Numbered from the stretch's first letter, positions 17,369-27,743 are shown. The stretch: 64,000 bases of DNA from Syntrophaceae bacterium UBA4767 (GCA_002403385.1 DHHR01000064.1:782-64781); one strand, 5' to 3'. Notes: a model not told the origin generated them from the letters alone. Program-made: numbers and translations.

Positions 17369-18097
17369 TCACATCAGGCCCTGCCCGATGACATTTCTGA
17401 CACGCTGCATCAGTTTCTCCTTCGTTTCATTCGTGTAGCCGTCCATAGGAATCGGTTCATGGATGATCAGTTTCATCCGTCCCGGCAAAATTTTCAGACT
17501 TTTCTTGGGAAGAAGCTTTCTCCCTCCCACTACGGTCACCGGCAAGATAGGCGCTCCCGCCTCCAGCGCAATGACGAAACCACCTTTCTTGAAGGTCTGC
17601 AAGTTGCCGTCAGGACTCCTTGTTCCTTCGGGGAAAATAATAACAGAGGTTCCCTTTCTGATCTTCTCCCCGGCCGCCTTAAGGCTCTGCTGGGCTTCTC
17701 TGGAATTTTCACGGTCAATAAAGATATTGCCTGTTCTTTCGCAGCTTAAACCAAAAATCGGTATCTTTCTGAGCTCGATTTTAATCACCCACCTTAGCTG
17801 CATAGGCATGTATCTATTTAGCGCCCACACATCAAGGTGGCTCTGATGATTTGACATCACGATGCAAGGCTGGTTTTTCTTAATAAAATCTTCGCCTTCT
17901 ACGGATACGGCGATGCCGGCTAGAAACAGGTTTAATCTGCACCAGAATCTGCCGATGTAATGAGCCATATTGCCGTGAGGGTTGAGATAGGAAAAGAGAA
18001 TCACAAGTATTCCTAAAATAGCGCTGTCCAGAACAATGAATAACATGAGGATGGGACGGTAAAAGAAATAAACGAAACGAATCACTCTATTCCACAT
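17369..18097 (-). CDS. plsC: 1-acyl-sn-glycerol-3-phosphate acyltransferase
   Basis: HX4D 'NHQSHLDV' and 'FPEGTRS'. The start is placed at ATG 18097; the track's TTG 18181 is an alternative. Confidence 0.8.
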   Translation of the reverse strand: MWNRVIRFVYFFYRPILMLFIVLDSAILGILVILFSYLNPHGNMAHYIGRFWCRLNLFLAGIAVSVEGEDFIKKNQPCIVMSNHQSHLDVWALNRYMPMQLRWVIKIELRKIPIFGLSCERTGNIFIDRENSREAQQSLKAAGEKIRKGTSVIIFPEGTRSPDGNLQTFKKGGFVIALEAGAPILPVTVVGGRKLLPKKSLKILPGRMKLIIHEPIPMDGYTNETKEKLMQRVRNVIGQGLM

Positions 18098-18257
18098 ATA
18101 GAGTTCCCTGCAGTTCCAGAAATGAATAATGGAGAGATCGCATATGGGCTTTTTTATAGATTTTTTGAGCAAAATCGTCAATCGTAAACAACATCATATA
18201 ATCAGTTGCCGTCAAAAAGGTGAATTTACACAAAGAATTCTATTTGTATTCTCTACA

Positions 18258-19403
18258 TTATTTTTTCCTGAATTTCTTCCACCACCGCCAGAGATGGAAA
18301 ACTTGTGCGGCCACCTCCGGAAGCAGGGAATATTTTTTGAATTCCGGATATGCCATTTTTCCTTCCATAAACAGCCGGCAAGCTTCTCTGGCCCTTGCGC
18401 TCTTTCGAACGGCATAGTGTCCCCAATCCAAAAACCGAGATCGGTAAAAACGATCTTTAAGAATGGCCGCCCTTTGCAGATTACCTGTAATTTCACTTCG
18501 TAATTTTTGGGGGAATATCCTCAAATCTTTGCAAATGATCGCCTCCGCCGCCAGGGCCGCCGACTTAAAAGCATAGGCGATACCCTCGCCCGTAATGGGA
18601 TCGCAAAGGCCTGCCGCGTCTCCTATCAGCAACCAGCCGTCACCCGCGATAGGCCTGGAATCGAAGGTATCTGCACACAAGCTCGGAAGCGCCCAGGTGT
18701 ACCGCCTTCCGACGGGAAGATGGGAAGCGGCATGCTGGATAAATTCCCTCAACTTCCCTTCCGCCGCGTAGTGCTGAAAGATCGGCGCCGGTTCCGCGAT
18801 ACCGGCGGATACGATGGACGGTCCGGGGAAAAACCACATGTAGCCTATAAGGTTTTTCCCAAATTTCAACCGAATCTCGGCAGCATAGTCAGCATCCAAA
18901 TAATATCCGACAGCGGCGGCAAGGTCCCAGACCGGCAAAGCTCCAGCGAAGGTTCTGGCGACAATGCAGTTGAAGCCCCCCGCGCCGACAAGAATGGGAA
19001 ACTGTTCCCTATCATCAAGCACAAAAAGACCTTTTCGCCGCTTGATGCTCAGCACTTTCCGATGGACAATTCTAGCCCCTGCACTCAGCGCTGCTTGGCG
19101 AAGCCCCTGATCAAATTCTCTTCTGGAAACAATTGTAATGGGCTCCGACAATTGAATGGATATTTGTTTCCCCGAGGGTGAGGCTGAAATGACATGGTAA
19201 ACGGATTTGCCGTGGATGATTTTCTGAAGATGCGCTGGGATCACCGCCCTTGTGCGAGGAGAAAGGCCGCCGCCGCATGGTTTTTCCCGTTCCGGCTGAG
19301 CCTCGAAAAGAACACATTCAATTTGAGCTTCAGCCAAGCGCCGGGCAAGTTCAGCTCCTGCAGGACCTCCTCCTACAATGCCGACAGAAGATGTGGATGT
19401 CAT
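18258..19403 (-). CDS. Geranylgeranyl-reductase-family FAD-dependent oxidoreductase
   Basis: 'VGGGPAGAELA', 'EKPCGGG' and 'GDAAGLCDPITGEGI'. Confidence 0.8.
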   Translation of the reverse strand: MTSTSSVGIVGGGPAGAELARRLAEAQIECVLFEAQPEREKPCGGGLSPRTRAVIPAHLQKIIHGKSVYHVISASPSGKQISIQLSEPITIVSRREFDQGLRQAALSAGARIVHRKVLSIKRRKGLFVLDDREQFPILVGAGGFNCIVARTFAGALPVWDLAAAVGYYLDADYAAEIRLKFGKNLIGYMWFFPGPSIVSAGIAEPAPIFQHYAAEGKLREFIQHAASHLPVGRRYTWALPSLCADTFDSRPIAGDGWLLIGDAAGLCDPITGEGIAYAFKSAALAAEAIICKDLRIFPQKLRSEITGNLQRAAILKDRFYRSRFLDWGHYAVRKSARAREACRLFMEGKMAYPEFKKYSLLPEVAAQVFHLWRWWKKFRKK

Positions 19404-19429
19404 GGCTGCCCCGAGTTTGTTTTATGCGT

Positions 19430-20257
19430 TTAGAAATCTTTTGACCTGACAAATTGAATCGCATTCTTAAAAAAAGCCACCCCCATACCTTCTTCAGGAA
19501 GCGTCTCCCTGCTCCAGCGGGGGTGATTGGTATAGTGCAGATAGGCCTCCGGGTGGGGCATCATCCCGAAAAGCCTTCCAGTCTCATTGCAGATTCCGGC
19601 TATACCGTCTATTGAACCGTTAGGATTTGCCGGATAATCCATAACAGCCTGAAGACAATCCCGCCCACTGTACTGGGCAACAACCATGTTCTTTTCGTGA
19701 AGTTTCCTTAACACCGCGGCATTCTTCGTTACAAATTTTCCTTCCCCGTGCCGCACCGGCAGGTACGCGCCCCTCAATCCTTTGGTAAAAACGCAGGCGG
19801 TGTCCGGGATAATTTTCAGATAGACCCATCGATCTTCAAAGCGACCGGAATCATTGAAGGCAAGTGTAACCGTCTGGTCATTATAACTGCCGGCAAAAGC
19901 AGGCAACAGCCCCAGCTTCACCATGAGTTGAAACCCATTGCAAATCCCCAGGACAAGCTTTCCGTCACGGATGAAGCGAATAAACTGATCGTAGAGTTTC
20001 TCCTTCCCATCCGCAATCTTTACATGCAAAATACGATTGGCGCCTGCCTTGGCCGATCCCAGATCATCGCCATCGAGAAAACCGCCGGGAAGGTTCAGAA
20101 AATGATAATCATCCAAACGCTTATTGCCACAGAGCAATTCACTGATATGGACGATATCCGTACTGTCGGAGCCGGCCAGACGGCATGCATGGGCCATCTC
20201 CATTTCACAGTTGGTCCCATTTCCCGTAATAACGATGGATTTTACTTTTCTTGTCAT
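19430..20257 (-). CDS. purQ: Phosphoribosylformylglycinamidine synthase, glutaminase subunit
   Basis: Class-I GATase with 'GICNGFQ' and 'MMPHPE'. It lies directly downstream of purL. Confidence 0.9.
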   Translation of the reverse strand: MTRKVKSIVITGNGTNCEMEMAHACRLAGSDSTDIVHISELLCGNKRLDDYHFLNLPGGFLDGDDLGSAKAGANRILHVKIADGKEKLYDQFIRFIRDGKLVLGICNGFQLMVKLGLLPAFAGSYNDQTVTLAFNDSGRFEDRWVYLKIIPDTACVFTKGLRGAYLPVRHGEGKFVTKNAAVLRKLHEKNMVVAQYSGRDCLQAVMDYPANPNGSIDGIAGICNETGRLFGMMPHPEAYLHYTNHPRWSRETLPEEGMGVAFFKNAIQFVRSKDF

Positions 20258-20277
20258 TTCTTTGACCGTTTTTGCTC

Positions 20278-23253
20278 CTAAAATTTCAAAGGTTTTTGCC
20301 AGATATCTTTCAGGGTTTGGATATTCTCGTCAATGATGATTTGGCCTTTACTCCCTGTTATCTTGAAAGCGTCATTATCAAGAATTCTGCCGATTTCTCT
20401 TATAACGTTACCTCTCATCGCTTGCTCAAACGATTTCTTCGCATCGGGATGAACCGTCACCACAAACCTACTCTGAGACTCAGAAAAAAGCAGATAATCA
20501 TTCCTTCCCTTGCCCTTATAAGGGGCCTTTCTTATGTCTGCTTCCATCCCCAAACCGCCCGCAAAGGCCACCTCCGCCAAGGCCACCCCCAGCCCGCCGT
20601 CCGAACAGTCATGACAGGATGCCACCAGAGATGCCCGAATGGCCCGGCTTAACGCCCTGTACAATTTCCTTGCCCTTCGGGCGCTTACCATAGGCACGCT
20701 ATTTCCAATATATCCATGCATGGCAAACCATTCGGAACCGCCCAGTTCATCATACGTTTCGCCAAGAACATAGACGAGGTCTCCTGCTTTCTTGGCATCC
20801 ATGGTGATGGATTTTCTTGCGTCTTCAATCTTGCCGATGATTGAGAACAACAGAGTTGGGGGGATCGATATCTTTGTATCGCCGATCTGGTAGTCGTTTT
20901 TCATGCTGTCCTTCCCGGAAATACAGGGAATACCGTAGGAAGTGGTGTAGTCGTAAAGGGCCATATTCGCCCGGACAAGTTGCGCCATTTTATATTGTCC
21001 ATCCGGAGTTTTTTCGGATTCTACCGGATCACACCAGCAAAAGTTGTCCAGCCCGGCCATAAAATCGAGCGTCCCCCCTACAGCAATGGCATTTCGCACT
21101 GCCTCGTCGATGGCGCAGGCCGCCATATGGTAGGTGTCGATATCGCTGTAGCGTGGACAGATGCCGTTGGCCACCACAACAGCCTCAAAAGAATCCAACA
21201 GGGGCCTGATTACCGCCGCATCGCTGGGCCCGTCATTGGAGGCGCCCACCAGCGGTTTTACGACACTGCCTCCCTGCACCTCGTGGTCATATTGCCTGAC
21301 AACCGATTCTTTGCTGCAGATATTGAGCCGCCCAAGCATTTCCTGCAAAGCCCTGCCCATATCCTTCGGCTCCTGGAAATCCGGTTCCTTATGTTTGGGA
21401 GGAACCCATTGGGCCCTCAACTGCATACGCGGGAGTCCTTCATGCAGAAAACCCATACTCAGATAGGCCACCGTTTTGCCTCCGTACAGGACATGAAAGT
21501 TTCCGGAATTGGTAAACCTGCCTAGAACCGTGGCCTCCACATCCATCTTTTTAGCCAGAGCAAGAAATGTCTCCATTTTCTCAGGGGGAACTGCTAGACT
21601 CATACGCTCCTGGGCTTCGGAAAGCAGTATTTCCCATGGCTGGAGCCCGGCATATTTCAGCGGGGCATTTTCAAGCTCCAATTCGCAGCCGCCTGACAGG
21701 CGCGCCATTTCTCCCACGGAAGAGGAAAGACCGCCGGCGCCGTTGTCGGTAATGGCCCGGTAGAGGTTTCTGTCGCGGGCAAAAAGCAAAAAGTCCGTCA
21801 TTTTTTTCTGTGTAATAGGATCGCCGATCTGGACGGCCGTTACCGGCGAACCTTCATGCAGCTCTTCCGAGGAAAAAGTGGCGCCATGAATCCCGTCCTT
21901 GCCGATGCGTCCCCCGGTCATGACAATCAAATCTCCCGGGCAAACATTCTTTGTATGTGTGGCTTCCCCCGAAATCACGGAAGGCATGATTCCAGCAGTG
22001 CCGCAATAGACAAGAGGCTTTCCTGAAAACCTATCGTCAAAAACGATGCAACCATTTACGGTGGGGATACCGCTTTTGTTTCCGCCGTGTTCGACGCCTT
22101 CCCTGACGCCATCGTAGATGCGGCGGGGATGTAGAATCCTCTTGGGCAAGGGCTTTGCGTAAAACGGTGAAGCAAAACAGAACACATCGGTGTTTAGGAT
22201 CAGCTTGGCGCCCTTTCCCGTTCCAAAGGGATCCCTATTTACGCCGACAATCCCAGTCAGGGCGCCCCCATAGGGATCGAGGGCGGAGGGTGAGTTGTGC
22301 GTCTCTACCTTGAACACAAGGTTGTATTTGTCGTTGAATCTGATGACGCCGGCATTGTCCACAAACACGGAAAGGCACCAGTCATTGTCTCCCATGCGTT
22401 TCCTGATTTTTTGCGTCGATCTTTTTATATAGGTATCAAACAGAGACCTGATCATCCGGACGGGCCGACCTTCTTCCCGATAAGAGACAATGCTGTTGAA
22501 TATCTTGTGTTTGCAGTGTTCAGACCATGTCTGGGCAAGACATTCCAGTTCGACATCGGTCATCTTCTTGCCCAGCCCGAGTTTTTCCCTTTTCCTGATG
22601 ACAGTTTTATCCTGCAGGTAGGCGCGAAGAGTTTTCATCTCCTCGAGATTCAAAGCCAGCATCCGTTCGCTGCTGATTTTCATGAGCGCCCGGTCGTCCA
22701 CGGCGAGGTCGATCTGCTCGATACGCAGCTTTCCCTCCTCGACGACTCGGGGCACATAAGGACGCATGCCGCGCTTAGCATCCCATGTTTTTCCGCAAAC
22801 GATTTCGTAGCGCTCGATAAGAGCATTGGCAAGAAGGTTGGTAGCAATTATTTCCACCTGTGATTTGTTTATCGAACCATGAAGGACATATTGCTTCGAT
22901 GTATAGACTCCGAAGGAGTGGCTCGGCCTGTCCAGAAGCAGTTCGATCGCTTCCCGGGCGGTCTTGCCCACATTGTCGGTTACACCCGGTCTGAAACCCA
23001 CCTCTATCAGCCAATCAAACTGCCGGGCGATAGCAGCATTGATCACGTAATCCTGAATGATAGGATCACGCAGCGGGCCTTTCGCGATAAGCTCCAGTTC
23101 GCGGCGGGTAAATTCCCCATCAAGGGTATATACTTCAACAGTTTCCACTCCCTTGATGGGGAGTTGCAGATGCTCTATGATCCGTCGTTTAATTTTTTCG
23201 CCCAGAGCGTTTCTGATGCCCCTTTTAAATCCGATTTCTATTCTGTATGCCAT
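20278..23253 (-). CDS. purL: Phosphoribosylformylglycinamidine synthase PurL with a PurS-like N-terminal region
   Basis: 'WSEHCKHKIF' and duplicated AIR-synthase-like domains. The start is placed at 'MAYRIEIGFK' (ATG 23253). Confidence 0.9.
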   Translation of the reverse strand: MAYRIEIGFKRGIRNALGEKIKRRIIEHLQLPIKGVETVEVYTLDGEFTRRELELIAKGPLRDPIIQDYVINAAIARQFDWLIEVGFRPGVTDNVGKTAREAIELLLDRPSHSFGVYTSKQYVLHGSINKSQVEIIATNLLANALIERYEIVCGKTWDAKRGMRPYVPRVVEEGKLRIEQIDLAVDDRALMKISSERMLALNLEEMKTLRAYLQDKTVIRKREKLGLGKKMTDVELECLAQTWSEHCKHKIFNSIVSYREEGRPVRMIRSLFDTYIKRSTQKIRKRMGDNDWCLSVFVDNAGVIRFNDKYNLVFKVETHNSPSALDPYGGALTGIVGVNRDPFGTGKGAKLILNTDVFCFASPFYAKPLPKRILHPRRIYDGVREGVEHGGNKSGIPTVNGCIVFDDRFSGKPLVYCGTAGIMPSVISGEATHTKNVCPGDLIVMTGGRIGKDGIHGATFSSEELHEGSPVTAVQIGDPITQKKMTDFLLFARDRNLYRAITDNGAGGLSSSVGEMARLSGGCELELENAPLKYAGLQPWEILLSEAQERMSLAVPPEKMETFLALAKKMDVEATVLGRFTNSGNFHVLYGGKTVAYLSMGFLHEGLPRMQLRAQWVPPKHKEPDFQEPKDMGRALQEMLGRLNICSKESVVRQYDHEVQGGSVVKPLVGASNDGPSDAAVIRPLLDSFEAVVVANGICPRYSDIDTYHMAACAIDEAVRNAIAVGGTLDFMAGLDNFCWCDPVESEKTPDGQYKMAQLVRANMALYDYTTSYGIPCISGKDSMKNDYQIGDTKISIPPTLLFSIIGKIEDARKSITMDAKKAGDLVYVLGETYDELGGSEWFAMHGYIGNSVPMVSARRARKLYRALSRAIRASLVASCHDCSDGGLGVALAEVAFAGGLGMEADIRKAPYKGKGRNDYLLFSESQSRFVVTVHPDAKKSFEQAMRGNVIREIGRILDNDAFKITGSKGQIIIDENIQTLKDIWQKPLKF

Positions 23254-23440
23254 GCGCTTTCCCGAGCTGGTCAACTGAGTTATGACTTGTTTTTTGCTTC
23301 ATGTTCATAGCAGAAGGCCTTCAATAAAGCAAGCAGGCCCTTCCGCAGTTCCAATGGAACTGCACACAATAAAAGCCAAAGATGGGATTTTGAAGATTTA
23401 TTTGTAAAAGGATGTGTTGAATTTGAAATATTTTTTGTTT

Positions 23441-23758
23441 CTACGATCTTATCATGATCAACAGCATCTTGAATTTTTCAACAGCTTTTAAGGCATGAGG
23501 TTCGCCGGCGGGCATTATGATCATCTCACCTTTTTTCAGATGAAATGGCTTGCCGGAAATCCGAATTTCCACCGTTCCTTCAAGAACCTGTACCATTGCA
23601 TCAAAAGGAGCAGTATGTTCGCTTAGGCCCTGCCCCTCGTCAAATGAAAATAAAGTTATGGTCCCTGTCTTCTTTTCGACAATAGTTTTGCTGACAATGG
23701 CGTCCTTCTGATAATCTACCATATCCGTTAAAGAAATTGGTTTAGGGCTACTATTCAT
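23441..23758 (-). CDS. Cupin domain protein
   Basis: Cupin motifs 'GLSEHTAPFDAMVQVLEG' and 'MPAGEPHAL'. The start is placed at 'MNSSPKP' (23758). Confidence 0.75.
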   Translation of the reverse strand: MNSSPKPISLTDMVDYQKDAIVSKTIVEKKTGTITLFSFDEGQGLSEHTAPFDAMVQVLEGTVEIRISGKPFHLKKGEMIIMPAGEPHALKAVEKFKMLLIMIRS

Positions 23759-23973
23759 TTTCCCCTTCCTTTCACAAAAGTTCTCTTCACAGCGGTGCGA
23801 TCCGCATTTGCCAACCTGAGCTTCGCGCCCCCATGTCATAGAGAGGCTTGTTGTTCCTCCTTTAGATCAATGTTTATTTGTTACCATTGGCAATTTTCTC
23901 TTTCAACAAGATTATAACCCCTTTTCTTATTTTTTGCCGTTTAACGAAAAAATGACCCGCAATTATTTGCCGT

Positions 23974-24726
23974 TCACTGAGTTGATTTATTGAATGATTT
24001 GCCTGAGTTAAATTTGACGAGTTTTCCCCACAAGATTGAACCTTTATGGTCACAGTATTCCGTTGCGAATTCCCGGGTAAACCTGTTGATTACTTTTGCA
24101 TATTCTTCTGAAAATTCCTCGTTTTTTCCCTTTGCGTTGTATCCCAAAGGTTCGATAATCTCGGTATAAAGGTTTTCGTCCCCTGATATAAACTCCCAAA
24201 ACCTCCGGCCACACATTTTTAAATAATCGCCCTTATCGGGCTTATTGTCTTTGCCGTAACAACAGCCGTTTATAGCGACCACTTTTAGAGTCGACGTGTT
24301 GGTGCCAAGAATGCGTTTAGCGCGTTTAAAATCATCCTTCATACGTGCGATCTGACGGCTGTTACCCCAGTTTGGCCCGGATTTGATTGAAACTATATAT
24401 GTGATATTGTCTTTGGAAAATTCGAGATCAATGCCTTCCGAAGATGATTTTTTACCCCCATATACTTCGCTACAGATAAATATTGCTAACTCTTCAAGAA
24501 ACCCACCGAAAATTCCTTCCTCCTGCGAAGAAAGATGTGCATCAAGAATAGCCTTTACTAAATCTTGGGCAGTATTTTGATTCTTTGCTCGAAACAGATA
24601 AGGGTTTTTTCTGGTGAGAATTTTATTCAGTTTAAGATCAGAAAGATTGTCGATCCTTCGTTTATGGAATCTCTGAATACCTGGCTCTATAAACCCGATA
24701 ATTTCACCTCTTGTGATTCGCATCAT
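23974..24726 (-). CDS. Putative type II restriction endonuclease (PD-(D/E)xK-like)
   Basis: It is coupled to the upstream MTase by a 23-nt overlap. 'EGIDLEFSKDNITYIVSIKSG' looks like a D...E.K core, and 'KNPYLFRAK' recurs in several type II REase families. Specificity is unknown. Confidence 0.65.
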   Translation of the reverse strand: MMRITRGEIIGFIEPGIQRFHKRRIDNLSDLKLNKILTRKNPYLFRAKNQNTAQDLVKAILDAHLSSQEEGIFGGFLEELAIFICSEVYGGKKSSSEGIDLEFSKDNITYIVSIKSGPNWGNSRQIARMKDDFKRAKRILGTNTSTLKVVAINGCCYGKDNKPDKGDYLKMCGRRFWEFISGDENLYTEIIEPLGYNAKGKNEEFSEEYAKVINRFTREFATEYCDHKGSILWGKLVKFNSGKSFNKSTQ

Positions 24727-25567
24727 AGTGGACTTTCTTTTCACACAGTAGCATTTGTTTTGCGGACACTTTTTCTTGCGCAATAGAAACGTATTCTTTC
24801 ATAATGTCGATACCAACCGAATTTCTTCCGAGTTGTTGAGCAACTTCACAGGATGTACCACAGCCAACAAAAGGGTCTAAAATCCAACCATCTTCTTTAG
24901 TAAAAAGTTTAATAAACCACTCTGGGAGTGAACGGGGGAATGTTGCACTGTGGCTACGGTTTCCCGTCTCTGTGGCTAGGTGCAACACATTTGACGGAAA
25001 TGCTTTATCACGTCCTACCCAATTCGCAATATTCTTACCAAATCCACTACCAACTTGTGAATTAAATCGTATCACGTCATTAGCGCCGAGGTGCTTTAGA
25101 CGGGTTTTTGCCCAGTTTCCCATCGGCACCATCACTGCTTCCTGATACATATTGAATTGTCGAGTTTTATTGAATTGGAGACAGCGCTCCCACGCATCAC
25201 GAAAACGGTTAGGCCATTTCCCCGGATGACAGTTTTTCTTATGCCAGACAAATTCTTCAGTCCATAACCAGCCCTGTTGCCTAAGCCCAAGCACCAGTTC
25301 AATTACATATATGTGCCGTTCGCCATTAACAACTTTTTCCTTAATATTGAGAATGAATGTTCCTGTGGGCTTAAGAACCCTGAGAAACTGCTCGCTACGT
25401 GGAAGAAACCACTCGACATACGCATCAGGCGAAATTCCACCGTAAGATTTCGCTCTGCAATCTGCGTAGGGTGGCGACGTTACAATAAGATCAAAGAAAT
25501 TTTCAGGGTAATCCTGTAAAACAGTTAAACAATCACCGTTTTTTATTATACATTCAACTGTTCTCAT
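24704..25567 (-). CDS. Beta-class N4-cytosine/N6-adenine DNA methyltransferase
   Basis: Motif IV 'IVTSPPY' lies N-terminal to motif I 'LDPFVGCGTS'. SPPY rather than DPPY hints at m4C. Confidence 0.9.
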   Translation of the reverse strand: MRTVECIIKNGDCLTVLQDYPENFFDLIVTSPPYADCRAKSYGGISPDAYVEWFLPRSEQFLRVLKPTGTFILNIKEKVVNGERHIYVIELVLGLRQQGWLWTEEFVWHKKNCHPGKWPNRFRDAWERCLQFNKTRQFNMYQEAVMVPMGNWAKTRLKHLGANDVIRFNSQVGSGFGKNIANWVGRDKAFPSNVLHLATETGNRSHSATFPRSLPEWFIKLFTKEDGWILDPFVGCGTSCEVAQQLGRNSVGIDIMKEYVSIAQEKVSAKQMLLCEKKVHYDANHKR

Positions 25568-25812
25568 AAGATATATTTTAGCATGAAAAGATTCTGAATT
25601 CTTCTAATATTTTTTCCCATCCTCCCCAACGCTCAGAACCAGCTACGCAGGTAATTTATCCATGAGCACACCTAATCAGGCAATTTCCGGCTGACTACAT
25701 TCTGCTGTGATGGAAAAATCGAGGTTGTCTTAATTTTCAGTTTATTGTAGAAAACATCAGCTTTTTTACTAAAGAGGTGGTAAGAAAATCCAAGAAAATA
25801 AGGAATGTAACA

Positions 25813-26745
25813 ATGAACTCAAAAGTAAGCGTTATCGGCGCAGGCAATGTGGGCGCGACAGCCGCCCAGCGGCTGGCGGAAAAGGATTTTTGCGATGTTG
25901 TCCTCGTGGACATTATAGAAGGTGTTCCACAGGGCAAAAGTCTGGACCTTACACAAGCTGCTCCCATTGAAAGACATGACGCCCATCTGACCGGGACAAA
26001 CGACTATGAAGCAACGAAAAATTCTGATATTGTTATTATCACCGCGGGAATTGCCAGAAAACCGGGAATGAGCCGAGACGATCTTTTGGCCACAAATAAA
26101 AATATTGTGACAAAAGTAACCAAGGAGGTTGCTAGATTCTCTCCAGAGGCGATCCTCGTTATTGTAAGCAATCCCCTGGATGCCATGTGCCATGTGGCCT
26201 ATGGTGTCAGCGGATTTTCCAAAAACAAAGTCATGGGCATGGCCGGAGTACTGGATTCCGCCCGTTTCCGAGCGTTTATCGCTATGGAACTTGATGTCTC
26301 GGTGGAAAATATTCATGCCATTGTACTCGGCGGGCACGGCGATGCTATGGTCCCTCTTCCCCGCTACTCCACCGTTGCGGGGATTCCTATTACCGAACTG
26401 CTTTCCGCAGATCGCATTGAAGCCCTTGTAGATCGCACCCGCAAGGGCGGGGCGGAGATTGTAAACCTGCTGAAAACCGGCAGCGCCTATTACGCTCCGG
26501 CTTCCGCCGCAGCGGAGATGGCCGAATCCATCTTGAAAGATAAAAAGAAGATTCTTCCCTGCGCCGCCTATCTTGAAGGAGAGTACGGCATCCACGGGCT
26601 TTTCGTCGGCGTGCCGGTTAAACTCGGGGCGCGCGGAATTGAAGAAATCATCCAGATCAAGTTGACCGCGGAAGAATCTTGCGCGCTGAAGAAATCGGCC
26701 GCCGCTGTTCAGGAACTTGTCGACACCATAAAAGAAATGAAATGA
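25813..26745 (+). CDS. mdh: Malate dehydrogenase (LDH-like family)
   Basis: '[10 protein letters not shown]'. '[13 protein letters not shown]' has Arg at the substrate-discriminating position. The start is placed at ATG 25813 with an AAGGAA Shine-Dalgarno. Confidence 0.9.
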   Translation: MNSKVSVIGAGNVGATAAQRLAEKDFCDVVLVDIIEGVPQGKSLDLTQAAPIERHDAHLTGTNDYEATKNSDIVIITAGIARKPGMSRDDLLATNKNIVTKVTKEVARFSPEAILVIVSNPLDAMCHVAYGVSGFSKNKVMGMAGVLDSARFRAFIAMELDVSVENIHAIVLGGHGDAMVPLPRYSTVAGIPITELLSADRIEALVDRTRKGGAEIVNLLKTGSAYYAPASAAAEMAESILKDKKKILPCAAYLEGEYGIHGLFVGVPVKLGARGIEEIIQIKLTAEESCALKKSAAAVQELVDTIKEMK

Positions 26746-26790
26746 AATCATCACTGATTTGAAATTGGGTTGAAGTTTACAAACAAAAAA

Positions 26791-26823
26791 TTAGCCCCTC
26801 CCGGCAGGGCAAAAAGGGGCTAA
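26791..26823. terminator. Bidirectional hairpin between convergent mdh and the membrane-protein gene
   Basis: TTAGCCCCT (26791-26799) pairs with AGGGGCTAA (26815-26823). An A-run precedes it and a T/A tail follows. Confidence 0.6.
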
Positions 26824-26848
26824 AACCTGTATCTCTTTAACACAGCAT

Positions 26849-27700
26849 TTATACATGCTCCCCATATCTTTTTACCCCGAAACGGGTAGCAAAAACAGAT
26901 CCCAAGCCCAGAATGATGGCAATTGTCTTGACCATCCATCCCAGGTAAGGAATCCAGCCGATAAACCACAAAATGGTCAACCCCCAGAAAGTTTCCCATA
27001 CAACATTTGGGTTTGGTCTCTTGAAAATTCTAAGAACTCTGTTCCCCACAAGCCGGCCCACCGCAATAAAGCCAATCAAAGCGGCACAGAGTACAATTAG
27101 GACTTCCAGTGGGATTAGGACGATTCCAACAACGGAGATGGTCAATAACACGGCTAAAGGAACGATCAGAATCAGGATGAGAAGTCCCCATAGCGACACG
27201 TTGAATGTGCTGTTTCTAATCGCGTCAGAAACGATATGGATGGGTTTAGGAGCCAACACCACTATGAATAGGGCAACGATAAGAATGAAAAAAAACATGG
27301 CCAGGGAAATGATGGCAAATAGCCATGACCATCCTTCCTTCTCTTCAGATAGCATAGAAGAGAAAACCGTTGAAAGGGAAGAAGAATTGATCTCTGTGAT
27401 ATTACCATACACTTCCGCGTCTCTTGCTTTAACGACGATACCTCCTACGGAAATCACATTACCCCCAACAACAGCCGTTCTCGCCAAAACGATGCTGCCG
27501 CCGATGGCAATAACGTTTCGTTCCACCATCCCATGTACCGTAATCTGACCGCCAACGGAGCAGGCGTTGCGCACTCTCATCTCCTCTTCAATCAGTATAT
27601 CGCTTCCCAGCTTAACAATATTCGTAACTTCCGCTCCTACCTGTGAAGCAAAGCACATGAAAATGCCCATCATCACGATCAAAGTAAAATATTTTTTCAT
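26849..27700 (-). CDS. Secreted/membrane protein: signal peptide, bactofilin-like beta-helical repeats and a C-terminal multi-TM region
   Basis: The start is placed at 'MKKYFTLIVMMGIFMCFASQVGA' (ATG 27700, AGGAAAG Shine-Dalgarno). Repeats read 'VGGQITVHG..NVIAIGGSIVL..AVVGGNVISVGGIVV'. Four or five hydrophobic helices follow. Confidence 0.6.
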   Translation of the reverse strand: MKKYFTLIVMMGIFMCFASQVGAEVTNIVKLGSDILIEEEMRVRNACSVGGQITVHGMVERNVIAIGGSIVLARTAVVGGNVISVGGIVVKARDAEVYGNITEINSSSLSTVFSSMLSEEKEGWSWLFAIISLAMFFFILIVALFIVVLAPKPIHIVSDAIRNSTFNVSLWGLLILILIVPLAVLLTISVVGIVLIPLEVLIVLCAALIGFIAVGRLVGNRVLRIFKRPNPNVVWETFWGLTILWFIGWIPYLGWMVKTIAIILGLGSVFATRFGVKRYGEHV

Positions 27701-27743
27701 AATCTTTCCTTTTTCATTACGGAAAATCATTTTAAGAAACTTC

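Noticed and set aside
23254-23440. Possible purine or ZTP riboswitch in the purL leader.
   Set aside because: Only two simple hairpins are seen (23313-23343 and 23345-23363). These are more likely the cupin gene terminator. I could find no conserved riboswitch core sequence by eye.
24727-24783. A 19-codon N-terminal extension of the restriction endonuclease ORF (MRKKKCPQNKCYCVKRKST).
   Set aside because: It would lengthen the overlap with the MTase gene to 80 nt. The ATG-ATG at 24726-24721 gives a conventional short coupled overlap.
25819-26754. A 311-aa minus-strand ORF opposite mdh. Similar antisense ORFs occur at 18507-19181, 19748-20281, 26973-27548, 50857-51462 and 63354-63941.
   Set aside because: Each is a mirror-frame ORF of a strongly supported gene. 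None has independent motif, start-context or intergenic support.
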